From Candidatus Nomurabacteria bacterium RIFCSPHIGHO2_12_FULL_42_19 (lineage in GTDB: Bacteria > Patescibacteriota > Minisyncoccia > Phycocordibacterales > UBA9973): DNA of 64,000 nt. Shown piece after piece: positions 45,957-54,948 of this stretch. Below the pieces are notes generated by a model. It made no database searches. It had not been told where the DNA came from and worked only from the letters and a program-made list of their open reading frames with translations. The stretch covers positions 24,645-88,644 of the forward strand of contig MFUM01000005.1 in assembly GCA_001786955.1 (NCBI GenBank), written 5' to 3'. Each line of letters starts with the position of its first letter. Position 1 is the first letter of the stretch. Both the position numbers and the translations under genes were made by a program.

Positions 45957-46607
45957 ATGCAAACACTAACTGAGAGAGATTATAAGAAAATTCTCATTTG
46001 TTTAACCCTTTATATTACTTCTCTTTTTGCCGCCAACACGCTCGGAGTTAAATTGATGCCTTTTCTTTTCGGCACACATCTTTCGGTGGCAGTCTTTTCT
46101 TTTCCGATAGTTTTTATCATGACTGACGTAATCGGTGAAGTTTATGGCAAGAAAATGGCGAATAATTTCGTTATTGCCGGAATTATAAGTATTATTTTAT
46201 TTTTATTTTATTCTTTCGTTTCTACGATGGCGCCTTGGGCGCAAGATGGCCTCTGGGTTAAGGAGGGATACAATCAAATTTTCAGTCTTTCCGCCCGTTT
46301 TTCTATAGCCTCAGTCGTGGCTTTTATTATTGCCGAATATCAAGATGTTTTATCCTTTTTCTTTTTCAAGAAACATATTGGTGAAAAATATTTTTGGCTG
46401 CGTTCTAACCTCTCCAATATGTGGTCTCAGTTATTTGACACCATTATTTTCATGTCTATCGCTTTTATTGGCGTTTATCCTTTGCACACAATCTTGCTTA
46501 TCATTATTCCCTGGTGGCTTTATAAAGTGGTGATGGGAATTTTCTACACCCCTCTTTCATATCTAGGGATTCATATATTAAAAAAATATGGAAATAAAAG
46601 CATTTAG
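45957..46607 (+). CDS. queuosine precursor transporter (YhhQ/VUT family)
   Basis: Six-TM protein, PIVFIMTDVIGEVYG motif. Confidence 0.65.
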   Translation: MQTLTERDYKKILICLTLYITSLFAANTLGVKLMPFLFGTHLSVAVFSFPIVFIMTDVIGEVYGKKMANNFVIAGIISIILFLFYSFVSTMAPWAQDGLWVKEGYNQIFSLSARFSIASVVAFIIAEYQDVLSFFFFKKHIGEKYFWLRSNLSNMWSQLFDTIIFMSIAFIGVYPLHTILLIIIPWWLYKVVMGIFYTPLSYLGIHILKKYGNKSI

Positions 46608-47316
46608 AACATCCATTTTTCGCGAGAATGAAGACTTAACTGCGTTTATTTTTAAATACGTTAAAAACCCGAAAGAGAATTCTGTTTTAGTTATAACTTC
46701 TAAAATAATTGCTCTGGCGGAGGGGAGGACCGTTGAATACAAGAATCAATCTCAAAAAAATAAACTCATAAAAGAAGAGAGTGATTTTACTCTTAAAGCT
46801 AAACATAACTTATTTACCATTAAAGACGGCATGATTATGGCTTTTGCCGGCATAGATGAATCGAATGCAAAAGGCAAGCTCATTCTTTTACCCAAAGATA
46901 GTTTTCAGAGTGCGGAAATCTTGAGAAAAAAAATAATGCATAAATTCCATCTAAAAAATTTAGGGGTCCTGATAACCGATTCAGAATTTGTGCCGCTTCG
47001 TGTCGGAGCCTTAGGGGTAGCGCTTGGCTATGCCGGATTTGTCGGCACTAGAAATTACATAGGCGAAAAAGATATTTTTGGTAGAACATTAAAAATGTCC
47101 AAGACTAATGTTGCTGACAGTTTGGCAACATCTGCGGTACTTTGCATGGGGGAAGGGAAGGAGAGACAGCCACTGGCTTTGATAACCGGAGCGCCGGTAA
47201 TATTTACCAATAAAACAAAACGGAATGAATTAGTAATTAATCTAAAAGAGGATATTTATGCTCCGCTTTTTGCAAATTTAAAAACAATAAAAAGAAAAAA
47301 TGGCCAAAAGAAATAA
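46588..47316 (+). CDS. CofE-like gamma-glutamyl ligase family protein
   Basis: VITSKIIALAEGR...GIDESNA... resembles F420-0:gamma-glutamyl ligase. Confidence 0.5.
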   Translation: MEIKAFRTSIFRENEDLTAFIFKYVKNPKENSVLVITSKIIALAEGRTVEYKNQSQKNKLIKEESDFTLKAKHNLFTIKDGMIMAFAGIDESNAKGKLILLPKDSFQSAEILRKKIMHKFHLKNLGVLITDSEFVPLRVGALGVALGYAGFVGTRNYIGEKDIFGRTLKMSKTNVADSLATSAVLCMGEGKERQPLALITGAPVIFTNKTKRNELVINLKEDIYAPLFANLKTIKRKNGQKK

Positions 47317-48319
47317 ACTTCCATATTTAACGAAACTAATCATGAAACTTGCGCCAAAAGTCGGTGCCAAAGTTGTTGTTGAGCCGGAGTGGGGCATTGC
47401 TTCGCAGATTATTTATAAAAACGGGGTAGTGAGGTCGCTTCGCTATCTTTCTTTGGATCTTAATCACACAGCTTCTTCAGACATTGCAAAAGATAAAGAT
47501 TATGCCAAGTTTTTTATGGAGAAGCGAGGATATCCGATAGCTAAAGGCCAAACTTTTTTTGAAGATAATTGGGCGAAAATATTAAAAAACAAGAGAACAA
47601 TTTTTACAGCTGTGAAATATGTACAGAAGTCGGGCTACCCCGTCATTGTGAAACCAAATAGTAAAAGCCAAGGAGTTGATGTCGGACTCGTCTGGAATAA
47701 AAAAGAATTAATTTCTGCGCTCCGTAAAGTTTTTAAAGGTGACAGAGTGGCTCTTATTGAGCGATATATGCCTGGACGTGATTATCGCATTGTTGTTTTA
47801 GGCAAAGACATAATTTCTGCATATGAACGTATACCACTATCTGTAATGGGGGATGGGAAAAGTTCTGTTCTTGCGCTTCTCAAACAAAAACAAAAATCTT
47901 TCTTTGCATCCGGAAGGGATACGCAAATCAATTTTGACGATGCCAGAATAAAAATGAAATTACATAGGCAAGGATATTCCCTTACAAGCATTCTTCCGAA
48001 AGGCGAGAAAATTTTTCTGCTAGATAATGCGAATTTATCTACTGGCGGGGATTCTGTTGATGTGACAAATGCAATCCATCCGGGTTTTAAAAAAATTGCG
48101 GTAAATTTAACTCGGGACATGGGTTTGCGGATAGCGGGAGTGGATATAATGGTGCGAAAGGGAGACATTGCAAAAAATCCGAGGAGTTGTAATTATTATA
48201 TTATTGAAATAAATGCCGCTCCCGGGCTGGACCACTATGTGACGACTGGCCCGGCACAAAAAAGAATTGTAGAAGCAATGTATTTGAAAGTTCTCCAAGC
48301 GCTTGGAAAGAAAGATTAG
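47300..48319 (+). CDS. ATP-grasp ligase (RimK/D-Ala-D-Ala-ligase-like)
   Basis: ATP-grasp fold motifs (GYPVIVKPNS...GVDV, ERYMPGRDYRIVVLG, IEINAAPG). Confidence 0.6.
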   Translation: MAKRNKLPYLTKLIMKLAPKVGAKVVVEPEWGIASQIIYKNGVVRSLRYLSLDLNHTASSDIAKDKDYAKFFMEKRGYPIAKGQTFFEDNWAKILKNKRTIFTAVKYVQKSGYPVIVKPNSKSQGVDVGLVWNKKELISALRKVFKGDRVALIERYMPGRDYRIVVLGKDIISAYERIPLSVMGDGKSSVLALLKQKQKSFFASGRDTQINFDDARIKMKLHRQGYSLTSILPKGEKIFLLDNANLSTGGDSVDVTNAIHPGFKKIAVNLTRDMGLRIAGVDIMVRKGDIAKNPRSCNYYIIEINAAPGLDHYVTTGPAQKRIVEAMYLKVLQALGKKD

Positions 48320-48337
48320 TTGGAGTATATTAAGTAA

Positions 48338-48724
48338 ATGAAAAAGTCTGTTAAAAAAGCTACCAAGCACAAAAGACCGTCCTGGGACGAGTATTTTCTT
48401 GACATAGTGAATGTTGTTGGTTCGCGGGCTACCTGCGATAAAGGCGGAAGTGGATGTGTCATAACTCATGATAATAGGATAGTTTCTACCGGATACACCG
48501 GTTCGCTCTCGGGATTACCGCATTGCAACGAAGTAGGTCATGACATAAAATCGGACCAATGCTTACGGACTATTCATGCTGAACACAATGCTATATCCCA
48601 GGCTCTGAAGTTTGGGGTTCCGCTCGACAATACCACGATGTATTGTAAAATAGCGCCATGTCCGGCTTGCGCCAAAATGGCCGCCAGTTTAGGGATTAAA
48701 AAAGTTGTAGTGGAAGAAAAATAA
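48338..48724 (+). CDS. dCMP deaminase (ComEB-like)
   Basis: HAEHNAISQA...PCPACAKM zinc motif. Confidence 0.8.
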   Translation: MKKSVKKATKHKRPSWDEYFLDIVNVVGSRATCDKGGSGCVITHDNRIVSTGYTGSLSGLPHCNEVGHDIKSDQCLRTIHAEHNAISQALKFGVPLDNTTMYCKIAPCPACAKMAASLGIKKVVVEEK

Positions 48725-48727
48725 TTT

Positions 48728-49057
48728 ATGATTGATTTAAAGGAACTGCAAAAAGAAGTAATGCGAAATAAGCTGGAGAAAGGATTCAACACGACTGATA
48801 TTGCGTTGGAGTTTTGTCATGCCCACGAAGAACTCTCAGAGGCATTTCATAAATATAATAAACGTGAAGAAGGTGTGGCGGAAGAAATTGCCGATGTGGC
48901 AATCTTTTTACTTGGCGTGTCCGGAATTATTGGTTTTGATTTAGAAAAAGAATTAGTCAGAAAAATTGAAATCAATAAACATAGAAAATATAAAAAAAAG
49001 AAATCTCCTGATGGTAAAGATGTTTTTATCCGGATAAAAACCAGAAAAGATCCTTAG
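48728..49057 (+). CDS. MazG-like nucleotide pyrophosphohydrolase
   Basis: EFCHAHEELSEAF...EEIADVAIFLLG. Confidence 0.7.
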   Translation: MIDLKELQKEVMRNKLEKGFNTTDIALEFCHAHEELSEAFHKYNKREEGVAEEIADVAIFLLGVSGIIGFDLEKELVRKIEINKHRKYKKKKSPDGKDVFIRIKTRKDP

Positions 49058-49542
49058 ATTTTTTTATAAATCGAGAAAGTGTATGGAATTGGATTTTTTT
49101 CGTCTGCTTCATGCTCTTCGTGAAATACCTCATTCCAAGCGGCCAGAATAATTTCAGGGAAAAAGACGTCGGCATCTTTTTCTTCGGCTTCAATGTGTGT
49201 AATATAAAGTTTATCGGCGATAGGCATAATTTGTTTATATATTTCCGCTCCGCCGATTATAAAAATTTCTTCATTTGTATCTTTAATCAAATCAAGTGCG
49301 CCCGCGAGCGACTGCGCGACCTCAATTCCTTCTTTTTTATATTTTACATCCCGCGAAATTACAATATTTCTCCTGTTGGGCAAAGGTCTTCCTATGGATT
49401 CAAAAGTTTTTCTGCCCATTATGACTGAGTGGAGCGTTGTAATTTCTTTGAAATGTTTCTGGTCAGCAGGGAATTTCCAGAGCAGATTATTGCCTTTTCC
49501 GAGTTCATTATTTTTACCGATAGCCGCGATAAGTGAAATCAT
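49054..49542 (-). CDS. folA: dihydrofolate reductase
   Basis: ISLIAAIGKNNELG...IMGRKTFESIG. Confidence 0.85.
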   Translation of the reverse strand: MISLIAAIGKNNELGKGNNLLWKFPADQKHFKEITTLHSVIMGRKTFESIGRPLPNRRNIVISRDVKYKKEGIEVAQSLAGALDLIKDTNEEIFIIGGAEIYKQIMPIADKLYITHIEAEEKDADVFFPEIILAAWNEVFHEEHEADEKNPIPYTFSIYKKI

Positions 49543-50391
49543 TTATTTAACTATATCAAGACCCAATATAGGGTCATTTGGTTTATAAAATGGAGCGAAT
49601 GCCTCATAAATTTCACCTACCAATTTTTCGTCTCTTTTCTCCGCCCGGTCATAAATATTTTCCGGTAATTTTGGAAAAATATTTAAATGGTCATTTTTTC
49701 TGTTTATCAGCTCTTTTGCTCCTTCATAATGATTATCATAAATATGCGCGTTGGAAATGCTGTGCGTGTAAATACCCGGCTTGACGCCCAACTTTTGCGC
49801 AAGCGCATACATCAAGAGGCAAAAACCGAAAGTGTCAAACGGACAGCCCAGCATCATATCGTTTGAACGCACAATATTGTGTAAATGCAATCGTCCGCCG
49901 ATGATATTGGCTGTAAAAGCAAAAGGGCAGGGCGCGTTTTTTTTGTATGTTCCTTTCAAGTCTTTCCCGTAAAGTCCGTCATCTCCCGGGTCCCAGGTGA
50001 CCACCACCCCTTGCCTTGAATGTGGCTCATTTTGCAGATGCTTTATCAATTGGTCCAGCTGGTCCCGCCCAAAGTGATGCCGCCACCTGTATCCATAGGC
50101 GGAAGTTATGGTTCCATCTTCTTCAATAAACTCATCCCACATTTTCGTGTATTGCCGCAAAAAAGCTGTATCTTTATCGCCGGTAATAAACCAGACTTGT
50201 TCGGCGATTGGCGATTTGATTGGATTCTTGCGGAGAGTAAGAATAGGGAAACCTTCTTTCTCCACATCAATTTGGAAGCTAACTCCGGGCAATATTTTTA
50301 ATTTATGTCCCGTACGCTCGTTTAATTCTTCTATGCCTTCTTCCATTATTTTTTTGATGATATTTTGGTAGATTGTGTCGAAAGTTGTCAT
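49543..50391 (-). CDS. thyA: thymidylate synthase (ThyA family)
   Basis: RTGHK, YGYRWR, catalytic APCPFAF, RSNDMMLGCPF, SNAHIYDNH. Confidence 0.85.
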   Translation of the reverse strand: MTTFDTIYQNIIKKIMEEGIEELNERTGHKLKILPGVSFQIDVEKEGFPILTLRKNPIKSPIAEQVWFITGDKDTAFLRQYTKMWDEFIEEDGTITSAYGYRWRHHFGRDQLDQLIKHLQNEPHSRQGVVVTWDPGDDGLYGKDLKGTYKKNAPCPFAFTANIIGGRLHLHNIVRSNDMMLGCPFDTFGFCLLMYALAQKLGVKPGIYTHSISNAHIYDNHYEGAKELINRKNDHLNIFPKLPENIYDRAEKRDEKLVGEIYEAFAPFYKPNDPILGLDIVK

Positions 50392-50405
50392 ATAGTAAAG
50401 TATAT

Positions 50406-50927
50406 ATGAATAAAAAAATTATGGAAAGTAATCAAAAAAATACCAAATACCAATCTCCTTATGTACCACCCGGACAGACTATTTTTTATGTTCCAATCTC
50501 TAATAAATATATGGCAGAAGCTAAAGAATACGCACGTCTTCACTCTTTAGATAAAGAAATGCCGAACACCAGCCTGATTGTGAAAGACGACAAGGTTATC
50601 GGTCGAGGCGCAAATGGCAGCGTTTATCATCAGACCCACGAATGTGAACGCGTCAAACGGCATATTCCTACCGGAGAAGGTTACGAACTTTGCGAAGGAT
50701 GTCATCCGAAAAATCATGGCGAAGGCCGCGCCATCCAAGATGCAAAAGACAGAGGGCATGATGTGTCAGGGGCGGATCTTTATATGTGGGGACATTGGTG
50801 GTGTTGCGAGCCGTGCTGGAACAAAATGATTGGGGCGGGGATAAAAAACGTTTACTTATTAGAAAACAGCGAAATTTTTTTCAATAAAAAAGATTCCGAG
50901 AATATAATAGGGCATCAATTTGAATAA
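50406..50927 (+). CDS. second CMP/dCMP-deaminase-like zinc enzyme
   Basis: HGEGRAIQ...CCEPC motif. Start chosen at ATG 50406. Confidence 0.55.
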   Translation: MNKKIMESNQKNTKYQSPYVPPGQTIFYVPISNKYMAEAKEYARLHSLDKEMPNTSLIVKDDKVIGRGANGSVYHQTHECERVKRHIPTGEGYELCEGCHPKNHGEGRAIQDAKDRGHDVSGADLYMWGHWWCCEPCWNKMIGAGIKNVYLLENSEIFFNKKDSENIIGHQFE

Positions 50928-51360
50928 AATGAAAAAGAAACTTTATATTGGTTGTAGTCTGACTCTCTTGCCCGCCGATAAAAAAGACACTTTTTTACAA
51001 ATGGTGGAGGAGGTAAAAAAAGAACTTAGCAAATCTTTTGAAATTTTGGAATTCAAAGGATTGGCTGATCTTTCGACCGCTCACCCGCTTTCTCCGCGAG
51101 AAATTTATGATTTTGATATAAAAAATTGTGTAATGAAAGCGGATTGCATGCTCGCAATTTGCGACTATCCTTCCATCGGTCTTGGATATGAAATGGCAAC
51201 CGCTATAGAAAAAAGAGGTATTCCTGTCCTGGCGGTGGCGCACAGAGAGCGGACGGTCGGCAGGATTATCAGGGGAATTGACCACAAAAATTTTCTCTTC
51301 GTGTATTATGATTCTTTGGGTGAAATTATCACAAAAACCATAGAAACATTGACAAAATAA
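50920..51360 (+). CDS. nucleoside 2-deoxyribosyltransferase-like protein
   Basis: Rossmann-like 146 aa (LYIGCSLT...DCMLAICDYPSIGLGYEMATA). Confidence 0.4.
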   Translation: MNKMKKKLYIGCSLTLLPADKKDTFLQMVEEVKKELSKSFEILEFKGLADLSTAHPLSPREIYDFDIKNCVMKADCMLAICDYPSIGLGYEMATAIEKRGIPVLAVAHRERTVGRIIRGIDHKNFLFVYYDSLGEIITKTIETLTK

Positions 51361-51421
51361 GTTATAAATGCTACTCTTGAAATATCATTCTCATCTACTA
51401 ACATATTGGGAGTGACCCATT

Positions 51422-52687
51422 ATGTACACACACAAGACGGCTCATCCGAAAAAATTCGGAAGCCACACTTCTGCCTTTCGGGCGAAACCTCGTTTCGGTG
51501 GGGGAAAGTTTAATAATTCCCGCCCACATTCTTTTAAGAGAGTGGGTGGAAATAACAAAAGAAGCCGCGGAGAACGGATAGATTTTTCGCGTTTCGTTAA
51601 AAAAAATGTTTACGTGGAGGAGAAAGCTTATATACCCAAGCATAGTTTTGCCGATTTTCCTTTTCATCCGCAACTTCATAAAAATATTACAAAAGCCGGA
51701 TATACAAATCCAAGACCCATTCAGGACCAAGCAATGCTAGCGGTTATGGAAGGCAAGGATGTTTTTGGCATGGCCAATACCGGCACGGGTAAAACTGCGG
51801 CCTTTCTGCTTCCTTTGATAGAAAAAATTTCCAAAACCAAAGGGCAAGCCAAAAGAGAAACGGTCTTAATAATGGCGCCAACCCGCGAGCTCGCGCTGCA
51901 GATAGAGGCTGATTTTAAAAATCTTGCTTTTGGTCTCGGGATGTTTTCGGTTGCCTGCGTGGGAGGACTGCCGATAATGAAGCAAATCAGGGAAATAAAA
52001 ATGGGAGTTTCGTTCGTCATCGGCACACCCGGACGTTTGCGGGATTTGATTGATAAAAAGGTTTTAAACTTGTCTACCTGTCATAGTGTAGTCCTTGACG
52101 AAGCTGACCGAATGCTCGATATGGGATTTCGGGACGATATGGTTTATATAATCGGCAAGACTCCGAAAGAGCGCCAGACGCTTTTCTTTTCAGCGACGCT
52201 TTCTCCGGATATTAGAAAATTAACCGAACAGTATCTGAAAGACCCGGTTTTTATTTCCGTAATTTCCGGCGAGACATTGAAAAATATTGACCAGGATGTT
52301 ATTCGTGTTCGAGGTAAAGAAGAAAAACTGGAAAAACTGCACGAAGTTTTGAAAAAAGATGGTTCGGATAAAGTTTTAATTTTCCGCGAAATGAAACATA
52401 GTGTGGACACCCTTGCTAAAGAACTTAAACATATGGGATTCAAAGCGGAAGGCATTCACGGAGATAAAAGAAGCCGCGAACGCATTAAAATTTTGGATTC
52501 GTTTAAGAAAGACCAAATAAATATATTAATTGCGACGGATGTCGCCGCTAGGGGGCTCGATATTCCGGATGTCACTCACGTCATCAACTACGACGTGCCG
52601 CAGACCTACGACACATACGTGCACCGCATCGGCCGAACCGGTCGCTCCGGCAAAAAGGGAACAGCGCTTACTTTCGTTCCAGCCTAA
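51422..52687 (+). CDS. DEAD-box ATP-dependent RNA helicase with an Arg/Lys-rich N-terminal extension
   Basis: Q-motif, GTGKTAAF, DEAD, SAT, HRIGRTGR. Confidence 0.85.
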   Translation: MYTHKTAHPKKFGSHTSAFRAKPRFGGGKFNNSRPHSFKRVGGNNKRSRGERIDFSRFVKKNVYVEEKAYIPKHSFADFPFHPQLHKNITKAGYTNPRPIQDQAMLAVMEGKDVFGMANTGTGKTAAFLLPLIEKISKTKGQAKRETVLIMAPTRELALQIEADFKNLAFGLGMFSVACVGGLPIMKQIREIKMGVSFVIGTPGRLRDLIDKKVLNLSTCHSVVLDEADRMLDMGFRDDMVYIIGKTPKERQTLFFSATLSPDIRKLTEQYLKDPVFISVISGETLKNIDQDVIRVRGKEEKLEKLHEVLKKDGSDKVLIFREMKHSVDTLAKELKHMGFKAEGIHGDKRSRERIKILDSFKKDQINILIATDVAARGLDIPDVTHVINYDVPQTYDTYVHRIGRTGRSGKKGTALTFVPA

Positions 52688-52704
52688 TTACTCTTAAACT
52701 AAAG

Positions 52705-52747
52705 AAGTCTCGCGAGGACCTCTTTAGGTCTTGCGAGACTTGATTTT
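52705..52747 (+). terminator. rho-independent terminator (AAGUCUCGC...GCGAGACUU plus GAUUUU)
   Basis: 9-bp stem after the helicase stop codon. Confidence 0.7.
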
Positions 52748-52758
52748 GCCGATAGTGG

Positions 52759-52998
52759 TCAGTGGATTGTGCATTTTTGGCCGACAGCCATCCACAGAGC
52801 CCGGCCAGCGCAGCTCTCGCTGCAGTAGTCTCCAAAGAGCGGGGACTTTGCACTTGTGATATCAGGAACCAACCGGTAGCACGTGGCCCCCTTCTCTATC
52901 ACGACCCCGCAACCGGCTTTGCAGGGTTTGGTCTTTTCAGCCACCCGTTTTCCGCTCCTCTCCCTACTAAAAAGAGGAGCACTTGGATTTGGTTTCAT
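52759..52998 (-). CDS. small Cys-rich protein (TRASH/YHS-like C-x3-C...C-x3-C) in a GC-rich patch. The region could instead encode a structured RNA
   Basis: SD GAGAGGTG before the ATG. GC-rich third codon positions are atypical for this genome. Confidence 0.35.
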   Translation of the reverse strand: MKPNPSAPLFSRERSGKRVAEKTKPCKAGCGVVIEKGATCYRLVPDITSAKSPLFGDYCSESCAGRALWMAVGQKCTIH

Positions 52999-53029
52999 GT
53001 ACACCTCTCGTTGAAATTATAATTTTTTC

Positions 53030-53278
53030 TTACGCTTTTATCAATCCAGCTTTTAGGAGCGTGGCATAAGCGCCGCGCTTTTTCATGGTGCGCAGGCCGC
53101 GGGCGGAAATTTCTATATTAATTGTTTTATTGAGTTCGGGAATAAAAACTTTCTTTTTCTGAAGATTCGGATATTTTCGGACCTTGCCGGTCGGGTTGAA
53201 TTTAGTGGCGCGGGTTCTGTTGGAGTATCCGCCTCCGACAATTGAACTCTTTTTAGTTACTGCACATATTTTTTTCAT
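53030..53278 (-). CDS. rpmB: 50S ribosomal protein L28
   Basis: MKKICAVTKK...NRTRA...FIPEL..., typical of L28. Confidence 0.8.
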   Translation of the reverse strand: MKKICAVTKKSSIVGGGYSNRTRATKFNPTGKVRKYPNLQKKKVFIPELNKTINIEISARGLRTMKKRGAYATLLKAGLIKA

Positions 53279-53319
53279 GCCGTTCATGCTATCATTAAAT
53301 TTATAAGAACGCAAATAAT

Positions 53320-53940
53320 ATGGTAGGAATTGATGCAATTTTTTATATCGCTATATTGATTATGTCTATCGTGATTCACGAAGTTTCACACGGCTTTATG
53401 GCGGAATATTTCGGCGATAATACTGCCAGAAATGCCGGCCGTCTGACCCTGAACCCGCTCAAGCACTTGGATTTATTCGGCTCAATAATCTTGCCGGCTT
53501 TCCTCATTTTATCTAAGGCCGGATTCCTCTTCGGCTGGGCAAAACCCGTGCCCTACAATCCTGACAATTTAAGCGACAGGAAATGGGGGACAATAGCCGT
53601 TGCCGTTGCCGGAGTCTCGGCCAATTTTCTTATTGCGATTGTATTTGGACTGATTATTCGTTTTAGTTCCAGTTTTGTCCTGCCATCCGGCTTTTATTTT
53701 ATAACTTCCGCAATCGTAATCGTGAATTTAGCTTTGGGAATTTTTAATTTAATCCCAATTCCGCCCCTGGATGGCTCCAAGATACTTTTTTCTTTCTTAC
53801 CCGAGTCATTTTCTTCATTTATTTTTGCTTATGAGCAATACGCGCTGATTTTATTGCTCGTTTTTATTATTTTCTTTTCCGGTTATCTATATCCGATACT
53901 GGCTTTTCTTTTCCATATTGCTACCGGTCTTGCATTTTAG
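53320..53940 (+). CDS. M50-family (site-2 protease-like) zinc metalloprotease
   Basis: HEVSHG zinc motif in a TM helix, multi-TM. Confidence 0.7.
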   Translation: MVGIDAIFYIAILIMSIVIHEVSHGFMAEYFGDNTARNAGRLTLNPLKHLDLFGSIILPAFLILSKAGFLFGWAKPVPYNPDNLSDRKWGTIAVAVAGVSANFLIAIVFGLIIRFSSSFVLPSGFYFITSAIVIVNLALGIFNLIPIPPLDGSKILFSFLPESFSSFIFAYEQYALILLLVFIIFFSGYLYPILAFLFHIATGLAF

Positions 53941-53991
53941 ATTTAAAAATAGTATATTAATTTAAGTCCTTTTAGGGACTTTTTGTTTCAT

Positions 53992-54459
53992 ATGCCGACA
54001 ATCAATCAATTAATCAAGAAAAATAGGGTCAAAGTCCGCTCCAAAACAAAGACAGTGGCTCTGGCCAGGGGATTTAATGTTCTGAAAAACAGACCGGTTT
54101 ATTTCCCGGCGCCTTTCAAGCGCGGCGTTTGCGTGAAAGTCTCAACCACGACTCCCAAAAAGCCGAACTCGGCTCTGCGAAAAATTGCAAGAGTGCGCCT
54201 GACCAATGGAATGGAAGTGACGGCTTATATCCCGGGTGAAGGGCACAATCTGCAAGAACACTCCGTGGTCATGCTCCGCGGAGGGCGCGTGAAAGATTTG
54301 ATCGGAGTCCGATATCACATCGTGCGCGGAGTTTTGGATACCCAAGGAATCGAAAAGCGCCGACAAGGCAGGTCTCTTTATGGGAATAAAAAGCCGAGAA
54401 AAGAAGGGAAAGCCAAAGCTCTCAAAGTAAATGTGGGCGACAAAGAAGCAAATGGTTAA
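53992..54459 (+). CDS. rpsL: 30S ribosomal protein S12 with a C-terminal extension
   Basis: [10 protein letters not shown]...[10 protein letters not shown]..., typical of S12. Confidence 0.9.
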   Translation: MPTINQLIKKNRVKVRSKTKTVALARGFNVLKNRPVYFPAPFKRGVCVKVSTTTPKKPNSALRKIARVRLTNGMEVTAYIPGEGHNLQEHSVVMLRGGRVKDLIGVRYHIVRGVLDTQGIEKRRQGRSLYGNKKPRKEGKAKALKVNVGDKEANG

Positions 54460-54468
54460 TGAATTTTT

Positions 54469-54939
54469 ATGCGCAGAAAAATAAAAAATCGTAATATTGT
54501 GGAGCCGGATTTTATATACAATTCCCAGAAACTGGAGAAGTTTATCAACTACATTATGTGGTCCGGCAAAAAAGAAACCGCCCGGAAGGTTATGTATCAG
54601 GCTTTTGATATTATCAAAGAAAAGACAGGCAACCCGAATCCATTGGAAATTTTTGACTTGGCATTAAGAAATGCCGGTCCGACGACCGAAGTGCGTTCCA
54701 AGCGCATCGGGGGCGCGAATTACCAAGTGCCGATAGAAGTCCGTCCCGAACGCAGGCTAGCGCTTGCGATGCGCTGGATTCGCGATGCAGCTCGCAATAG
54801 CAAAGGACGTCCAATGCATTTGAAACTCGCCGACGAATTGATTGCCGCTTCCAAGAATGAAGGCTCGGCGATTAAAAAGAAAGAAGACACTCACAAGATG
54901 GCCGAAGCCAACAAGGCTTTTGCGCACTTCGCCTGGTAA
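54469..54939 (+). CDS. rpsG: 30S ribosomal protein S7
   Basis: S7 signature regions. Confidence 0.9.
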   Translation: MRRKIKNRNIVEPDFIYNSQKLEKFINYIMWSGKKETARKVMYQAFDIIKEKTGNPNPLEIFDLALRNAGPTTEVRSKRIGGANYQVPIEVRPERRLALAMRWIRDAARNSKGRPMHLKLADELIAASKNEGSAIKKKEDTHKMAEANKAFAHFAW

Positions 54940-54948
54940 TTTAAATAT

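Noticed and set aside
52762-53022. 86-aa plus-strand ORF in the GC-rich patch
   Set aside because: Less plausible than the minus-strand Cys-rich ORF. The plus-strand ORF has no Shine-Dalgarno sequence and no motif. Both may be artefacts if the region is an RNA gene.
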